Shown piece after piece: positions 1 to 11,332 of a stretch of 64,000 bases of DNA (position 1 is the first letter of the stretch; each line of letters starts with the position of its first letter). Source of the DNA: Torpedo marmorata (Eukaryota); the NCBI GenBank assembly GCA_977017645.1, contig OZ360238.1, positions 59,334,001 to 59,398,000 of the forward strand. The letters are read 5' to 3'. Both the position numbers and the translations under genes were made by a program. The notes beneath the pieces were generated by a model that saw only the letters and a program-made list of their open reading frames with translations, did not search any database and was not told where the DNA came from.

Positions 1-281
1 ATATATTAGTTTTTTAAGCTTATTGACTCCTCACTCTATTTCTCTATTTTTCTATCTTTTCTCTTTTCTTTTCTTTTATTATTTTATTTTATTTTAAATT
101 TAGACTAGGGGGATATAGGGGTTAGGGAGGGGAGGGTGGGAAGGAGGGGGGAGAAAATGTAATCACATGTAAGTTTTTAAGAATTATATGTAGAATTATA
201 TTATGTAATGTGTGATTTAAAAATTTAAATAAAATATTTAAAAAAAAAAAAATAAAAAAAAAAAAATAAAAAAAAAAAAAA
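1..281 (+). mobile_element. 3' UTR and poly(A) tail of an L1/Tx1-like LINE
   Basis: T-rich then G-rich tract, AATAAA, then a ~40 nt A-tail. A homologous end occurs in reverse orientation at 63892-64000. Confidence 0.6.
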
Positions 282-770
282 GACCACAAAGTACTCCAGC
301 GGGTGGTGAAAACTGCCCAGCGGATTATTGGCTTGCAGTTGCCCACCATCGAGAACATCTATAGAGAACGGTGTCTGGGCAGAGCGAGGAACATTATTAA
401 GGATGCATCTCACCCTAACCACGGACTTTTTACTCTTCTCCCATCGGGCAGATGCTACAGGAGCCTTCGCTCGCGTACCAGCAGGCTGAAGAAGAGTTTC
501 TTTCATGAGGCTGTGAGCCTGATGAACACTGAATCACAGCGCTGAGTGGTACTGCACTCACAGTGTAATATCAGTACTTTTATAATAGTTTTGTTGTTGA
601 ATAGGTTGTCGTTGTTGATTAGGTTATTGTTGGTTTTTATTGCACATGTTTTATTGTAATGTATATAGCACTATTTTTTTAACTTCTGGTTGGATGCTAG
701 TTGTATCTCATTGGCTTGTTTTGAACTGGTACAATGACAATAAAGTGCATCTAATCTAATCTAATCTAAT
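282..770 (+). mobile_element. Rex1/Babar-like LINE 3' fragment, (TCTAA)n tail
   Basis: C-terminal motif HPNHGLFTLLPSGRCYRSLRSRTSRLKKSFF; TGACAATAAA followed by tctaa repeats. Confidence 0.8.
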
Positions 771-780
771 CAAAACACTT

Positions 781-2231
781 CAAGATTCAAGATTCCTTTA
801 TTGTCATGTAATAATACAGAACATGTAATTTTACACAAAATTGCCTTCCACCTGCCATAAGGCAGACAGAGTTGCCATTAGTGTCACCTGGAACCCTTAC
901 AGTAAGATAGAGAAAGAGAAGGAAAAAGAGAGTCCCTTCAGTGTTACAGAATGCCCATGGATTTGCCTCCAGTGCTCCCACAACCTCTGCAGCCACACAG
1001 ACTCCTGTTCGATTCATTGGCAACCCGAGCTCTGGATCCAAACCTCCAACACGATCAGGAAGCCTTCAGCGCCCGAGTCCCTTCGGGAGCCCTTCTTGCC
1101 CTCAGCACCCACTGCAATTCCGGCTCCGATACCTGGTTCCCATGAAACAGCCTCCAGCAGCCCGCAGCCCATGTGAGTCCACCCCGGCCACGTCACCCAC
1201 AGCCTGTGCGGGTCCCTCAGCCGCTGAGCCCCTCGTTGGTCTGCTGCCGTGGTCACTCTCCTCTGCTTCTCCTTCTCAACAGGTGGGTGTGGGGTTGTTC
1301 TCCCCATTTTTGGTGCCCTGCACCGGTCCCTGCTCCCCCGGAATCTGCCACCCATTGTTTCATGGGAACCAGGTATCGGAGCTGGAATTGCAGTGGGTGC
1401 TGAGGGCAAGAAAGGGTTCCCGAAGGGCCACGGGCGCTGAAGGCTTCCTGATCGTGTTGGAGGTTTGAATCTGGAGCTCGGGTTGCCGATGGATCGAACA
1501 GGAGTCTGTGTGGCTGCAGAGCACAGGGGCCACCATCTTGGGCATAGACCTCCGCAGTTGAAGGATTTTACTTACCGTATATGCCGTTGTATTGGATGAC
1601 CCGAAAAACTTAAAATTTTCACCTTAAAATCAGGTCGTCGTATACAAAGAGTCTAAAATTTTTACCTTGATGACGAATCGCAACATCGCCGCCATCTTCC
1701 TGCTGGCTCCGACGCAATCTCGCGCATGCCCTGTTAGTTATTTGCAAAGTCTCAACACTCCTCCACGGGGTCCATCCTCCCGGTCTGACTGCTGTCGGCT
1801 CCGAACAGGCTTTAAAAGGCCTGTTACAGGAGCCAACAGTGGTTTATTTTAAAATATCCAAATAAAATTTTAATTTTAAATGATAATTTGTTATTAAAAT
1901 ATTGTGATCTGCTTTTAACAGCATCAGGTCAGCGGTAAGTGCCAGATTTGGCCGGGGGGGGGGGGGGTCGTCTTATTCAAAGGGTATTGCTCAAAACCAA
2001 CATTTTAGGTGGAAATTCCGGGGTCGTCCAATACAGAGTCGTCCTATACAACGGCATATACAGTGCAAACACCGTTGGCTCCTTTAACACTCCGTTGAAA
2101 GCCTGTAAGGACCCAACGGCATTAGAGCCGGGCGGTAGAACCTGTTGGAGCACTCTCCACTCTCTGCTTTCGCACGTCAGCACCAGTGGAAGCACGGCCG
2201 ATACAGCAGCTCTAGTATCGCCACTGTGTTC
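781..2231 (-). mobile_element. Non-autonomous element with a Rex/Babar-type tail, interrupted by an inverted duplication and a MITE
   Basis: Minus-strand tail TGACAATAAAG(GAATCTT)n at 781-806 and tail motif ccataaggcagacag shared with 59883-60020. GC-rich non-coding body with no RT. Confidence 0.5.
1575..2063. mobile_element. Tc1/mariner (pogo/Tigger-like) MITE
   Basis: ~26 bp terminal inverted repeats (TIRs): CCGTATATGCCGTTGTATTGGATGAC (1575-1600) and GTCGTCCTATACAACGGCATATACAG (2038-2063). TA on the left, TG on the right. Confidence 0.7.
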
Positions 2232-2690
2232 ATCCTGTGGATAGTGTTATGGCCACACAATTATTTTGCACAATTTAATATGAACTGCCCCTGTCACTAA
2301 CTTGTGGGGAACATATGCAAATCAGTCACTGAAAGCAAATTTTATATTTTCCATTTTATTTTACGCCACCAATATTTTAAATTTCTTTCCTGTCACATAC
2401 CATTCCCTTCTCAATAGACAAATATGCCAGGACCTGGCATATAACTGCCCCTGAAAAAGTTGCAAAAGATGTGCAAGTATAACTAAACACAACTGATCAA
2501 CTCATACTTCCCTCGCTCCCTTTTGAGAGAACCCCACCATCTACCCCACCCAACACACAAACAAGGACATTCTATTCAGGAAATTTGAGTTGTGAAGCCA
2601 TGGTATGACATATAACTGTTATAAATCAATGCTGAGCCCCAATGTTTTGTGTCAGAATGCATTTTATCTCATATTAAAGAGAATTGTAAG

Positions 2691-3392
2691 AAGTCAAGTC
2701 AAGTCAAGTTTATTGTCATCTGATTGCACAAGTACAACCTGACGAAACAGCGTTCTCCGGTCCTCAATGCAAAACACGCAGACACACAGCCAGACATAAC
2801 ACGCGTACAGACAAACAATACAATGCAGGGCAAGTATTCATATACACAAATAAATAAATATATATTGTGTCATAAATATGGGAGTCTTGGGTGGTTAGTG
2901 TGAGCAGTTCCTTTGGTCGTTCAACATTCTCACTGCTCGTGGGAAGAAGCTGTTCCTCAGCCTGGTGGTGCTGGCTCTGATACTCCTGTGTCTCTTTCCC
3001 GACGGGAGCATCTGAAAGATGCTGTGTGCACGGTGGAAGGGGTCCTCAATGATTTTGCGCGCCCTCTTCAGACAACGATCCTGGTAGATTATGTCGATGG
3101 TTGTGGGGGGGGGGGGAGGGAGACTCCAGTGATCCTCTCTGCCACTCTTATGGTCCTGTAGATTGACCTCCGATCCATTTCTCTGCAACAACCGTACCAC
3201 ACTGTGATGCAGTCGGCCAGGACACTCTCCATAGAGCTCCTGTAGAAAGTTGACATGATGGTGGCCGGTAGCCTTGCCTGCCTCAGTCTTCTCAGGAAAT
3301 GCAGTCGCTGTTGCGCCTTCCTGACAAGTGAGGAGTTGTTGTGTGTCCATGATAGTTCACTTGTTAAGTGGACCCCAAGGAACTTGGTGCTC
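2691..3392 (-). mobile_element. Rex1/Babar-like LINE 3' fragment, (CTTGA)n tail
   Basis: ORF remnant IFQMLPSGKRHRSIRASTTRLRNSFFPRAVRMLN; (aagtc)n tail on the + strand. Confidence 0.85.
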
Positions 3393-3540
3393 CAAGGAAG
3401 GAAGAAGCAGTAATCAGTTAGAAAATGTGCATATCAATGATATGATAGTTAACCTGCTAAAAAATAAAAATATATTACAATCTACCATGGTATTTTAGAA
3501 ACGGAATCTATTAAGGATAGTTCATTCTGTGCATAACTAT

Positions 3541-3690
3541 TTCAAATTCAAGTTCAAGTATATTATTATCTGATTGTACATATGCAACCCAATAAAACAG
3601 CATCTCTCCAGACCATGGTGCCCACACAAAAACACAAAATTGCACAGTACATAATGATCACATAAATAATCAAAATAAATATATATAAAT
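3541..3690 (-). mobile_element. Older Rex1/Babar-like 3' UTR fragment
   Basis: Diverged homolog of 2691-2860 (ttcaag repeats, atctgattgtaca...aaacagc). Confidence 0.55.
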
Positions 3691-3753
3691 TTCCCCACAA
3701 AACATAATCTCTCTCCAAGGTTCCAACCATTCATCTACAAAAAGTCTCAATAA

Positions 3754-3999
3754 AAAGGTAAAGGTTCCATTATTGTCACGTAATACTACATTTAGAATGT
3801 AACATACATGAAATTCTTTAATTTTTGTCTACCGTAAGGTAGACAGAGAGTCGCTACTTTGTCCAGCGCCCCTCACAGAAACCTACAGCACCTGGTGTTC
3901 CTAGGCGGTCTCCCCTCCAAGTACTGACCAGTCCTGTGCCTGCTTAGTTTCCGAGATCAGACAATCCCAGTCGTATTCAGGCTATTGGTGCTGTAAAGC
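3754..3999 (-). mobile_element. 5S rRNA-derived SINE (SINE3-like), copy 1
   Basis: 3879-3999 is the reverse complement of a diverged 5S rRNA (TCTGATCTCGGAAACTAAGCAGG...AGTACTTGGAGGGGAGACCGCCTAGGAACACCAGGTGCTGTAGG). It is followed by a ~125 nt tail ending TGACAATAATGGAA(CCTTTA)n. Confidence 0.85.
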
Positions 4000-5594
4000 A
4001 CTAAACACGTTACCTTGGAGAGGAAAAAAGTGCAGGTATGATCTTTGTCAAATATAACAGTGTGTTTTCTTGTTTGATGGATGTCACTGCTCATCTAATA
4101 ATAATTTCAAAAATGATGCTTTTATGAATGGCCAGTCTCTTTGTATTTCTTCCATCATAAATCTCTTGGGGTTCATGTGTCCTTTATCTTGGATTCTTTG
4201 TGCAACTTGCCATATGCCATGAAAATTAAGCAAGTGGAATTCCAGATTATCTGTTCTCAAAAGCAAACCTAAGTAGAATTTATGAAAATGAAATGCGTGA
4301 CGATCCCACAATTGTTTCAGCTAACAGACTGCATAAGGCACTCAGTTTAAGATATCATAAAATGCTGTTTAGTGCATTCTGCAATAGGCTGTCACATTAT
4401 TTGTGTGAACAATACCAAGGACATGCATAGACACAATACCTGAATAGGGTAAAAGTGAATGAATTAGAATATTCTCATTCAAACCAGGCTCCTTATGTGG
4501 ACAATCCAGCATGGATTTAATAGAATTTCTGTTTCTACTCCTATAATTAAACAAACTAAAAAATGTATTTGCATATGGAAGTCAGAAAAGATGACCCCCA
4601 TCTTTAGAAAAGATCTTATGTAGTACATTTCAACACTGATAATAAATAATTCAGTGTGCTAGTCAAGGAACTGGAACTGACAATCACAGAAGAATGGAAT
4701 TTTTGACTTGTTTCAAGCAGCACTGCTTATTTTGCCCAACAAGAAACAAAAAGATGCAGTGTCTTTGTGCTTTCAAATGCATGATACTGCTGGCAACATA
4801 TTTTACCATGTTTATCAGGCATAAGAGACTTGCTCTGAGAATACACTGCATACTAGTTCTTTATGCATTCATGGATTACTGTCATACAGCTTTCAAAATG
4901 TGATAAGTTTACATTTATTTATGTTTTTTTTACTTAGTCAGAGGTTACCATTAATAATAGATAACTTCTTTATTCCACGCTTTGCTTTTTAATACAAAGT
5001 AATGTGATTTACAAAATGTAAAATTCAACAAGATTGGTGGTCGCTTTCAAAACTACCTGAGAGAGGCAACAATTCCCAAGATAGATCAAATATTTCATCC
5101 CTTGTCTGCCATCGTTACTGATTCCCCCATGGGTTTAGGGTTGATCTCTTCACTTTCCGCTGCTCCTTCCACCTGTGCCACTCTGTGTATTATGTTTAAA
5201 TAGGCTGATTTTCTGAATATGCATGTTGTATTCTAACATATCCACTCATGCGATCCTCAAAAACTGTGGCTTGTTTATGAGAAAAGTAATCTAAATGTTT
5301 TGAAAAGTAGAGACAGAAAGTGTTTATTGTGTGTACAAGAGATGAAGCAATCACCACTTTGATCTTGAAGAAAACTGAGAATTTTTTCTCTTCACAAATG
5401 CTATTCACAGGTTGTGTTGGTTCCTTTGATGGTGCACACACATCAAGTTCATAATCTCTCCGTTATTATCATGAGAGAGATTAAATATAAGATAACTGAA
5501 TAAAACCATTACAATTTCCATTGGATGTGTACACTACTGACTGTATTGAGCTGGCTTTTTATTGGAGCAAAAACGTAAACTGGACAGAAAGGTG

Positions 5595-5954
5595 CAGTGG
5601 TTTTCAAACTTTTTCTTTCCACATAATCCCTCTGCCATAGGTGCTCTGTGATTAGTAAGGGATTACTTAAGGTGGTATGTGAGTGGGGAAAAAAGGTTGA
5701 GAACCACTGCTCCAGACCCAATTGTTACTGAAATATTTTGCTTGAGAAAAATTGTCATTAGCCCATTTCCTTTGGAGTTATGAAACCGTGCACATAACGA
5801 GTCAATTAGGTACGATTAAAACAGTGGTTTTCAAACCTTTTTCTTTCCACTCACATACCACCTTAAGTAATTCCTTACTAATCACAGAGCACCTGTGGCA
5901 TAGGGATTGCTTAATGTGGTATGTGAGTGGAAAGAAAAAGTTTGAAAACCACTG
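5595..5954. mobile_element. Composite hAT-type MITE (two palindromic units plus spacer)
   Basis: Units CAGTGGTT(T/C)TCAA...TTGA(G/A)AACCACTG at 5595-5709 and 5822-5954. The spacer also occurs at ~45542-45629. Confidence 0.8.
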
Positions 5955-6500
5955 CTCTAGCGCGACTCCTCATTGCTAGTTAGGCAACAACATTTTTGGC
6001 ACCTGCTCTGTGTCAATCTGACTTAGCCATTGTGTAGAAGGGTTCAAGGTGAGGAAGGAATCTCAAATCAGGCTTCAAAACAAAAAGAAAATTTACAAAG
6101 CAAGTTTTTAAAATATTGAAGAATATAAAATTTGAACTGATGTCTTTTAATCATCATAAATGAAATCACTGCAGGCTATTATCTCCACATTGCATAATCC
6201 TTCTTCCATTGCAACATAATTGTGACATTTTAAATGTTTTCTTACATATATTTACATATTAGATTTACATTTAAAAATACATATATAGTTAAAATTACAT
6301 TTACATTTAAAATTGCATTAAATTAAATCAACATCCTAACATACAACAGCCTAAAGAGAGACAATACAATAGTGAAATATACAGTGACGAGAGTTATTTT
6401 TGGAAATTCAGTCACAGGTATAAATTAGAAAATTACTTACTGAAAAAATAATATCAATGCTATATATTTTTCTTGCAAGTAAGCTTCTGTGTATAATAAA

Positions 6501-6656
6501 AAAGTAAACACGAAAATCTGTAGACACCGTGGTTAGAGTAAAAAACACAAAAGCTGGAGAACTCAGCAGGTCAAACAGTGTCTTTTATGTAGCAAAGGTA
6601 GAAATACATAACCGACGTTTCGGGCTTGAGCCCTTCATCAAAGTATATAATAATAA
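6501..6656 (-). mobile_element. Short Penelope-derived insertion with a minimal hammerhead-like motif
   Basis: Flanked by the 13-bp direct repeat TGTGTATAATAAA (6488-6500, 6657-6669). The minus strand reads TTGATGAAGGGCTCAAGCCCGAAACGTCGG. Confidence 0.75.
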
Positions 6657-7420
6657 TGTGTATAATAAAGTGGCTGTTTTACTTTCATCCTGTGCAAAAG
6701 TATGAATGTTTTATAGTTTTATATAAGGATCATTCTTAGATAAAATTTGTTCATGATCCTTCTTAAACCTTATAAATAGACCTAGTCTTGTCTCCTTAGG
6801 AAGTCAATGTAAGAATTTTCCACACAATTTTTGGGGAAATAAAGACCAATGAGATTCTTCAGGACAAATTATAAATTGTCTAAGGCTGATGCTGTATTTC
6901 ATGGGATTTAATAGGATGCCAATCCTACTGGATTCTTCCAGCTGAATGCTGTATGCCAGGAGCAACCATCCAGAGAAGAAAATGGTGAAGTACAAATGCT
7001 GAAGAAAAAAAATCAAAACCATGAGCTCACATTTCGGTAAAATGAATAAAATAACAGACGTCACCATCTGGAATGCTTTGTAAAATGAAGATCCAATCTG
7101 TTCAGCAGAAGCCTGTGTCTCTAGGCCCAGGCCAGCAGGGGACCTGCCAGAATCCACGTTCTTGACAGAAATCCACCCCCTCTAAAAATAGGGAAATTCG
7201 TTGAGTGGGATGACAGACAAAGCAAAACCATATCCCAGCATGCAGTGCTGCATCCCACTGAGACAACTGATTGATCAGTTGAAGACGATGTCAAATTATC
7301 AATAACAATCTAGTTTCTATCATGCACAGACGCGAAGTAAGGGGGAGCTGAAGTACATTGAGTCTCCCAACACATCTCATAGATTTTATCTGGCAAGCAA
7401 ACAACTCCGCAACTTCCTTA

Positions 7421-7686
7421 ACACCACCAGACTGAGGAACAGCTTCTTCCCACAGGCAGTGACAATGCTAACGACCAAAGGAACTGCTCACACTAACCAT
7501 CCGAGACTCTCATGAAACAATATTTATTAATTTATTTGTATAGATGAATACTTGTCCTGCATATGTATTGTTTGTCTGAATGTGTGTTATGTCTGGTTGT
7601 GTGTCTGCATGTTTTGAACTGAGGTCCGGAGAACGCTGTTTCGTCGGGTTGTACTTGTACAATCAGATGACAATAAACTTGACTTG
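7421..7686 (+). mobile_element. Rex1/Babar-like 3' end, (CTTGA)n tail
   Basis: TTRLRNSFFP remnant and a 3' UTR matching the copies at 2691, 11333 and 53552. Confidence 0.8.
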
Positions 7687-7698
7687 TCCAGGAACCAC

Positions 7699-10385
7699 AA
7701 TCAGAATTTATTGTCATGAACAAGTCATGAAATTCGGTGCTTTGCGGCAGCATCTTAGTGCAAACATTCATAGTATAACCATCTTACGACATTACTATAA
7801 AAAATATATAAATAATAGTGCACGAAAAGTGAGGCAGTGTCTTTGGTTCATTGATTATTCAGGAATCTGATGGCAGCTGGGAAAAAGCTGTCCTTGTGCC
7901 GTTGAGTGCTTGTCTTTAGGCTCCGGTACCTTTTTCCCGATGGTAGCAGAGTGAAGAGGGCATGGCCTGGGTGGTGGGGGTCTTTGAGGATAGAGGCTGC
8001 TTTTTTAAGACACCGCCTCATGTAGATGTCCTCGATGGAGTGAAGTCTGGTGCCTGTGATGTCACAGGCAGAGTTAATAACCCTCTGGAGTTTATTCTTG
8101 TCCTGAGAGTTGGCGTCTCCATACCAGGCAGTTATGCAACCAGCCAGAATGCTATCCACGGTACACCTGTAGAAGTTTACGAGAGTCTTCGATGACATAC
8201 CAAATCTCCTCCGACACCTCACGAAGTATAGCTGCTGGCGAGCCTTCTTTGTGATTGCATCAACATGGAGGCTCCAGGACAGATCCTCGGAGATGTTGAC
8301 TCCCAGGAATTTGAAGTTCTTGACCCTCTCCACTACTGAACCCTCGATGAGGACTGGGTCGTGATCCCCTGACTGCCTTCTGAAGTCCACAAACATCTCC
8401 TTGGTTTTGATGACATTGAGTGCAAGGTTGTTGTCGTTACACCATTCAACGAGCTGATCTATCTCCCTCCTGTATGCTTCCTCATTGCCGTTTGTGACTC
8501 TGACGACAACTGTGGTGTCATCAGCAAACTTGTAGATGGCATTGGAATTGTACCTGGCCACACAGTCATGGGTGTATAACGAGTAGAGCAGTGGGCTTAG
8601 CATGCATCCTTGGGGTGCGCCTGTGTTGATAATCAGTGAGGAGGAGACGTTGTTTCCAATTTGTACTGACTGTGGTCTTCCGATGAGAAAGTCAAGGATC
8701 CAGTTGCAGAGCGGGGTACAGAGGCCTAGAGTTTGTAGCTTCTTGACCAGCACTGAGGGAATAATGGTATTGAAGGCCGAGCTGCAGTAGATGAAGAGCA
8801 GCTGTATGTATGAATTGCTGTTTTCGAGGTGATCCAGAGCTGAGTGGAGAGCCAGCGATATTGCATCTGCTGTGGAGCGATTGTGACGATAGGCGAATTG
8901 CAGTGGGTCCAGATCTTTGCTTAGGTACATGTTAATTCTGGCCATGACCAGCCTCTCAAAGCATTTCATCGCAGTAGAAGTTAGTGCTACTGGGTGGTGG
9001 CCGTTGAGGCAGCCCACACTACTCTTCTTGGGTACCGGGATGATTGATGCCCTTTTGAAGCAGGTGGGAACCTCTGACTGCCGCAATGAGAGGTTGAAAA
9101 TGTCCGTGAACACTCCGGCTAGTTGGTTGGCGCAGATTTTCAGTACCCTGCCAAGTACGCCGTCAGGGCCTGATGCCTTGCGAGGGTTCACCCTCTTGAA
9201 TGATGTTCTGACGTCACCCTCAGAGACAGATATCACAGGGTCCTCAGCCTTTCCATGGATTCTAGTAGGCACTGTTTGGTTCTTCTTCTCAAAGCGGGCA
9301 TAGCAGGTGTTCAGCTCATCGGGTAGTGAAGCATCACAGCCGTCTATAGTGTTCGCCCTCGCTTTGTAGGCTGTAATGGCCTGTACTCCCTGCCATAGCT
9401 GGCGTGTATCTGTCTCTGTCTCCAGCTTCCTCTGGAATTGCCACTTTGCTTCAGAGATGGCTTTCCGCAGGTCGTACCTGGACTTCTTGTAAAGATCCCG
9501 ATCCCGGCCCTAAACGCCTTTGTTCTCGCCCTCAGCAGGTTGCGAATTTTCTGATTCATCCAGGGCTTCTGGTTGGGGAACACCCGGTATTTGCGCGTGG
9601 GCACACACTCATCCATGCAGATCTTGATGAAGTCAGTGACACCTGTTGCATATTCATTCAGGTTTATGGATGAGTTCTTGAATATGTTCCAGTCCACCGA
9701 TTCAAAGCAGTCCTGCAGATGCTCCTCCGCCTCCCTCGACCATACTTTCGCCGTCCTCACCACTGGTGCTGTGGTCTTCAGTCTCTGCTTGTACGCCGGG
9801 AGTAGAAGTACAGCCAGGTGATCAGACTTGCTGAAGTGCGGTCATGGTATGGCTCGGTATGCATTCTTCATGGTAGTGTAGCAGTGGTCGAGTGTGTTGG
9901 TTCCCCTGGTCTCGCATGTGACGTGTTGGTGGTAGTTTGTCAGTGACTTCTTCAGGTTGGCCTGATTGAAGTCTCCCACAATGATCGGGAAGGCATCAAG
10001 ATGTGCTGTCTCATGGTTGTTTATCACAGTGCTCAGTCCCTCCAGTGCCAGCCTGACGTTAGCCTGGGGCGGAATGTACACTGCGACCAGGATGATGGCG
10101 GTGAACTCCCTCGGCAGGTAGAATGGGCGACACTTGATCGCCAGATGTTCCAGGACGGGGGAGCAGGACTGGGACATGACCGTCACGTTGTTCACCACGA
10201 TGAATTGATGATGACACAAACACCGCCTCCCCTGGTTTTTCCAGACGCCGGTGTTCGGTCAGCGCGATGGAGGGTGTAGCCCTTGGGCTGCAGCGCTGTG
10301 TCCGGAATGTCCGTGTTTAGCCATGTTTCTGTAAAGCACATCACGCAGCACTCCCTGATGACCCTCTGATGTTGAAGTCTGGCTT
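7699..10385 (-). mobile_element. Rex1/Babar-like LINE, 5'-truncated: APE endonuclease plus reverse transcriptase, disrupted
   Basis: EN motifs VYIPP, GDFN, TLDHCY, SDH (9842-10380). RT ORF 7848-9272 has KASGPDG, QFAY, GAPQGCMLSP, KFADD, FKFLG. (TTCTGA)n tail. Frameshifts and stops separate the segments. Confidence 0.9.
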
Positions 10386-11120
10386 TGCTGCAACCAATAA
10401 AATCTCAATGAAATAAGCTCTCAATAAAAGCTAATGTTACAATGATAGAAGTGCAACAAAAACTAACCAACCCTTTTAGGTTAATCAATATTCTATAATG
10501 TACAAGTGTTCTCTGGAGAAACTCGGAAGTTTATTTGAGGTTTTGTAAGCTTGAAAAAACACTTTGTACTTGCTGCAAGGTGATCGTAAAATGACATACC
10601 GTGAGAGCTTTTAGAAGTTAAAAATGGCATCCATGGCATGCAAGCATATTTCTGTGGTGGAATTGTGACAGATGGTGGGGATGTTAGCACAAGCAGTAAA
10701 CATCTGTCTGGTACATGAGGAATAGGCAGATCATGATGTCAGCAGCACTGATTTGACACCAACCCTACCATTTTAGTGCTCAACCCTCCAAATAGCTCCT
10801 TCTCCCCATCGTGCAAGAGTGAATGCACATTCAGCAGCCGTGAGAACCTTCCAACAGGTCAGATCTGGCTGCCTTCTTCAAGCTGTCGCTATGATTCTCC
10901 AAGTATTTGTTACTTTTCGTAATTGTTCCAAGGAGAAAAAGTCGACATTTAGCAGTGGTTGAGTGATCCCGGCCTTTTCAGGATTGCAAGCTCGTGATGC
11001 CAGAATAGTGCCTCAGCAATTCTACTGACACACCCAACCCAAGCATGCTTGGTCACCGTGATACCCAGTAACCTCCTTTACAAACTCAGTTTACAGCAAT
11101 GATCCAGGTATGGTATAATG

Positions 11121-11271
11121 CAGTGGTTCTCAACCTTTTTTTTTCACTCACAAACCACCTTAAGTAATCCCTTACTAACCACAGAGCACCTATGCCACAG
11201 GTACTCTGTGGTTAGTGAGGGATTACTTAAGGTGGTATGTGAGTGGTTAAAAAAAAGGTTGAGAACCACCA
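11121..11271. mobile_element. hAT-type palindromic MITE, monomer
   Basis: TIR CAGTGGTTCTCAACC; near-perfect hairpin; 8-bp TSD gtataatg/gtataaag. Confidence 0.85.
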
Positions 11272-11332
11272 GTATAAAGCCTCTTTCCAAGTTGTTGTAG
11301 GATACCTCAAAGTTTTTTGATGCTTTGCATCA

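Noticed and set aside
841-1545. Overlapping Pro/Ser-rich ORFs on both strands
   Set aside because: A by-product of GC-rich repeat sequence and the inverted duplication.
3879-3999. Functional 5S rRNA gene
   Set aside because: The 5' region is diverged, there is no T4 terminator, it is fused to a retroposon tail and it is dispersed. Treated as a SINE head.
5595-5954. CRISPR-like repeat-spacer array
   Set aside because: Eukaryotic context; the units are palindromic MITEs, and other copies have 8-bp TSDs.
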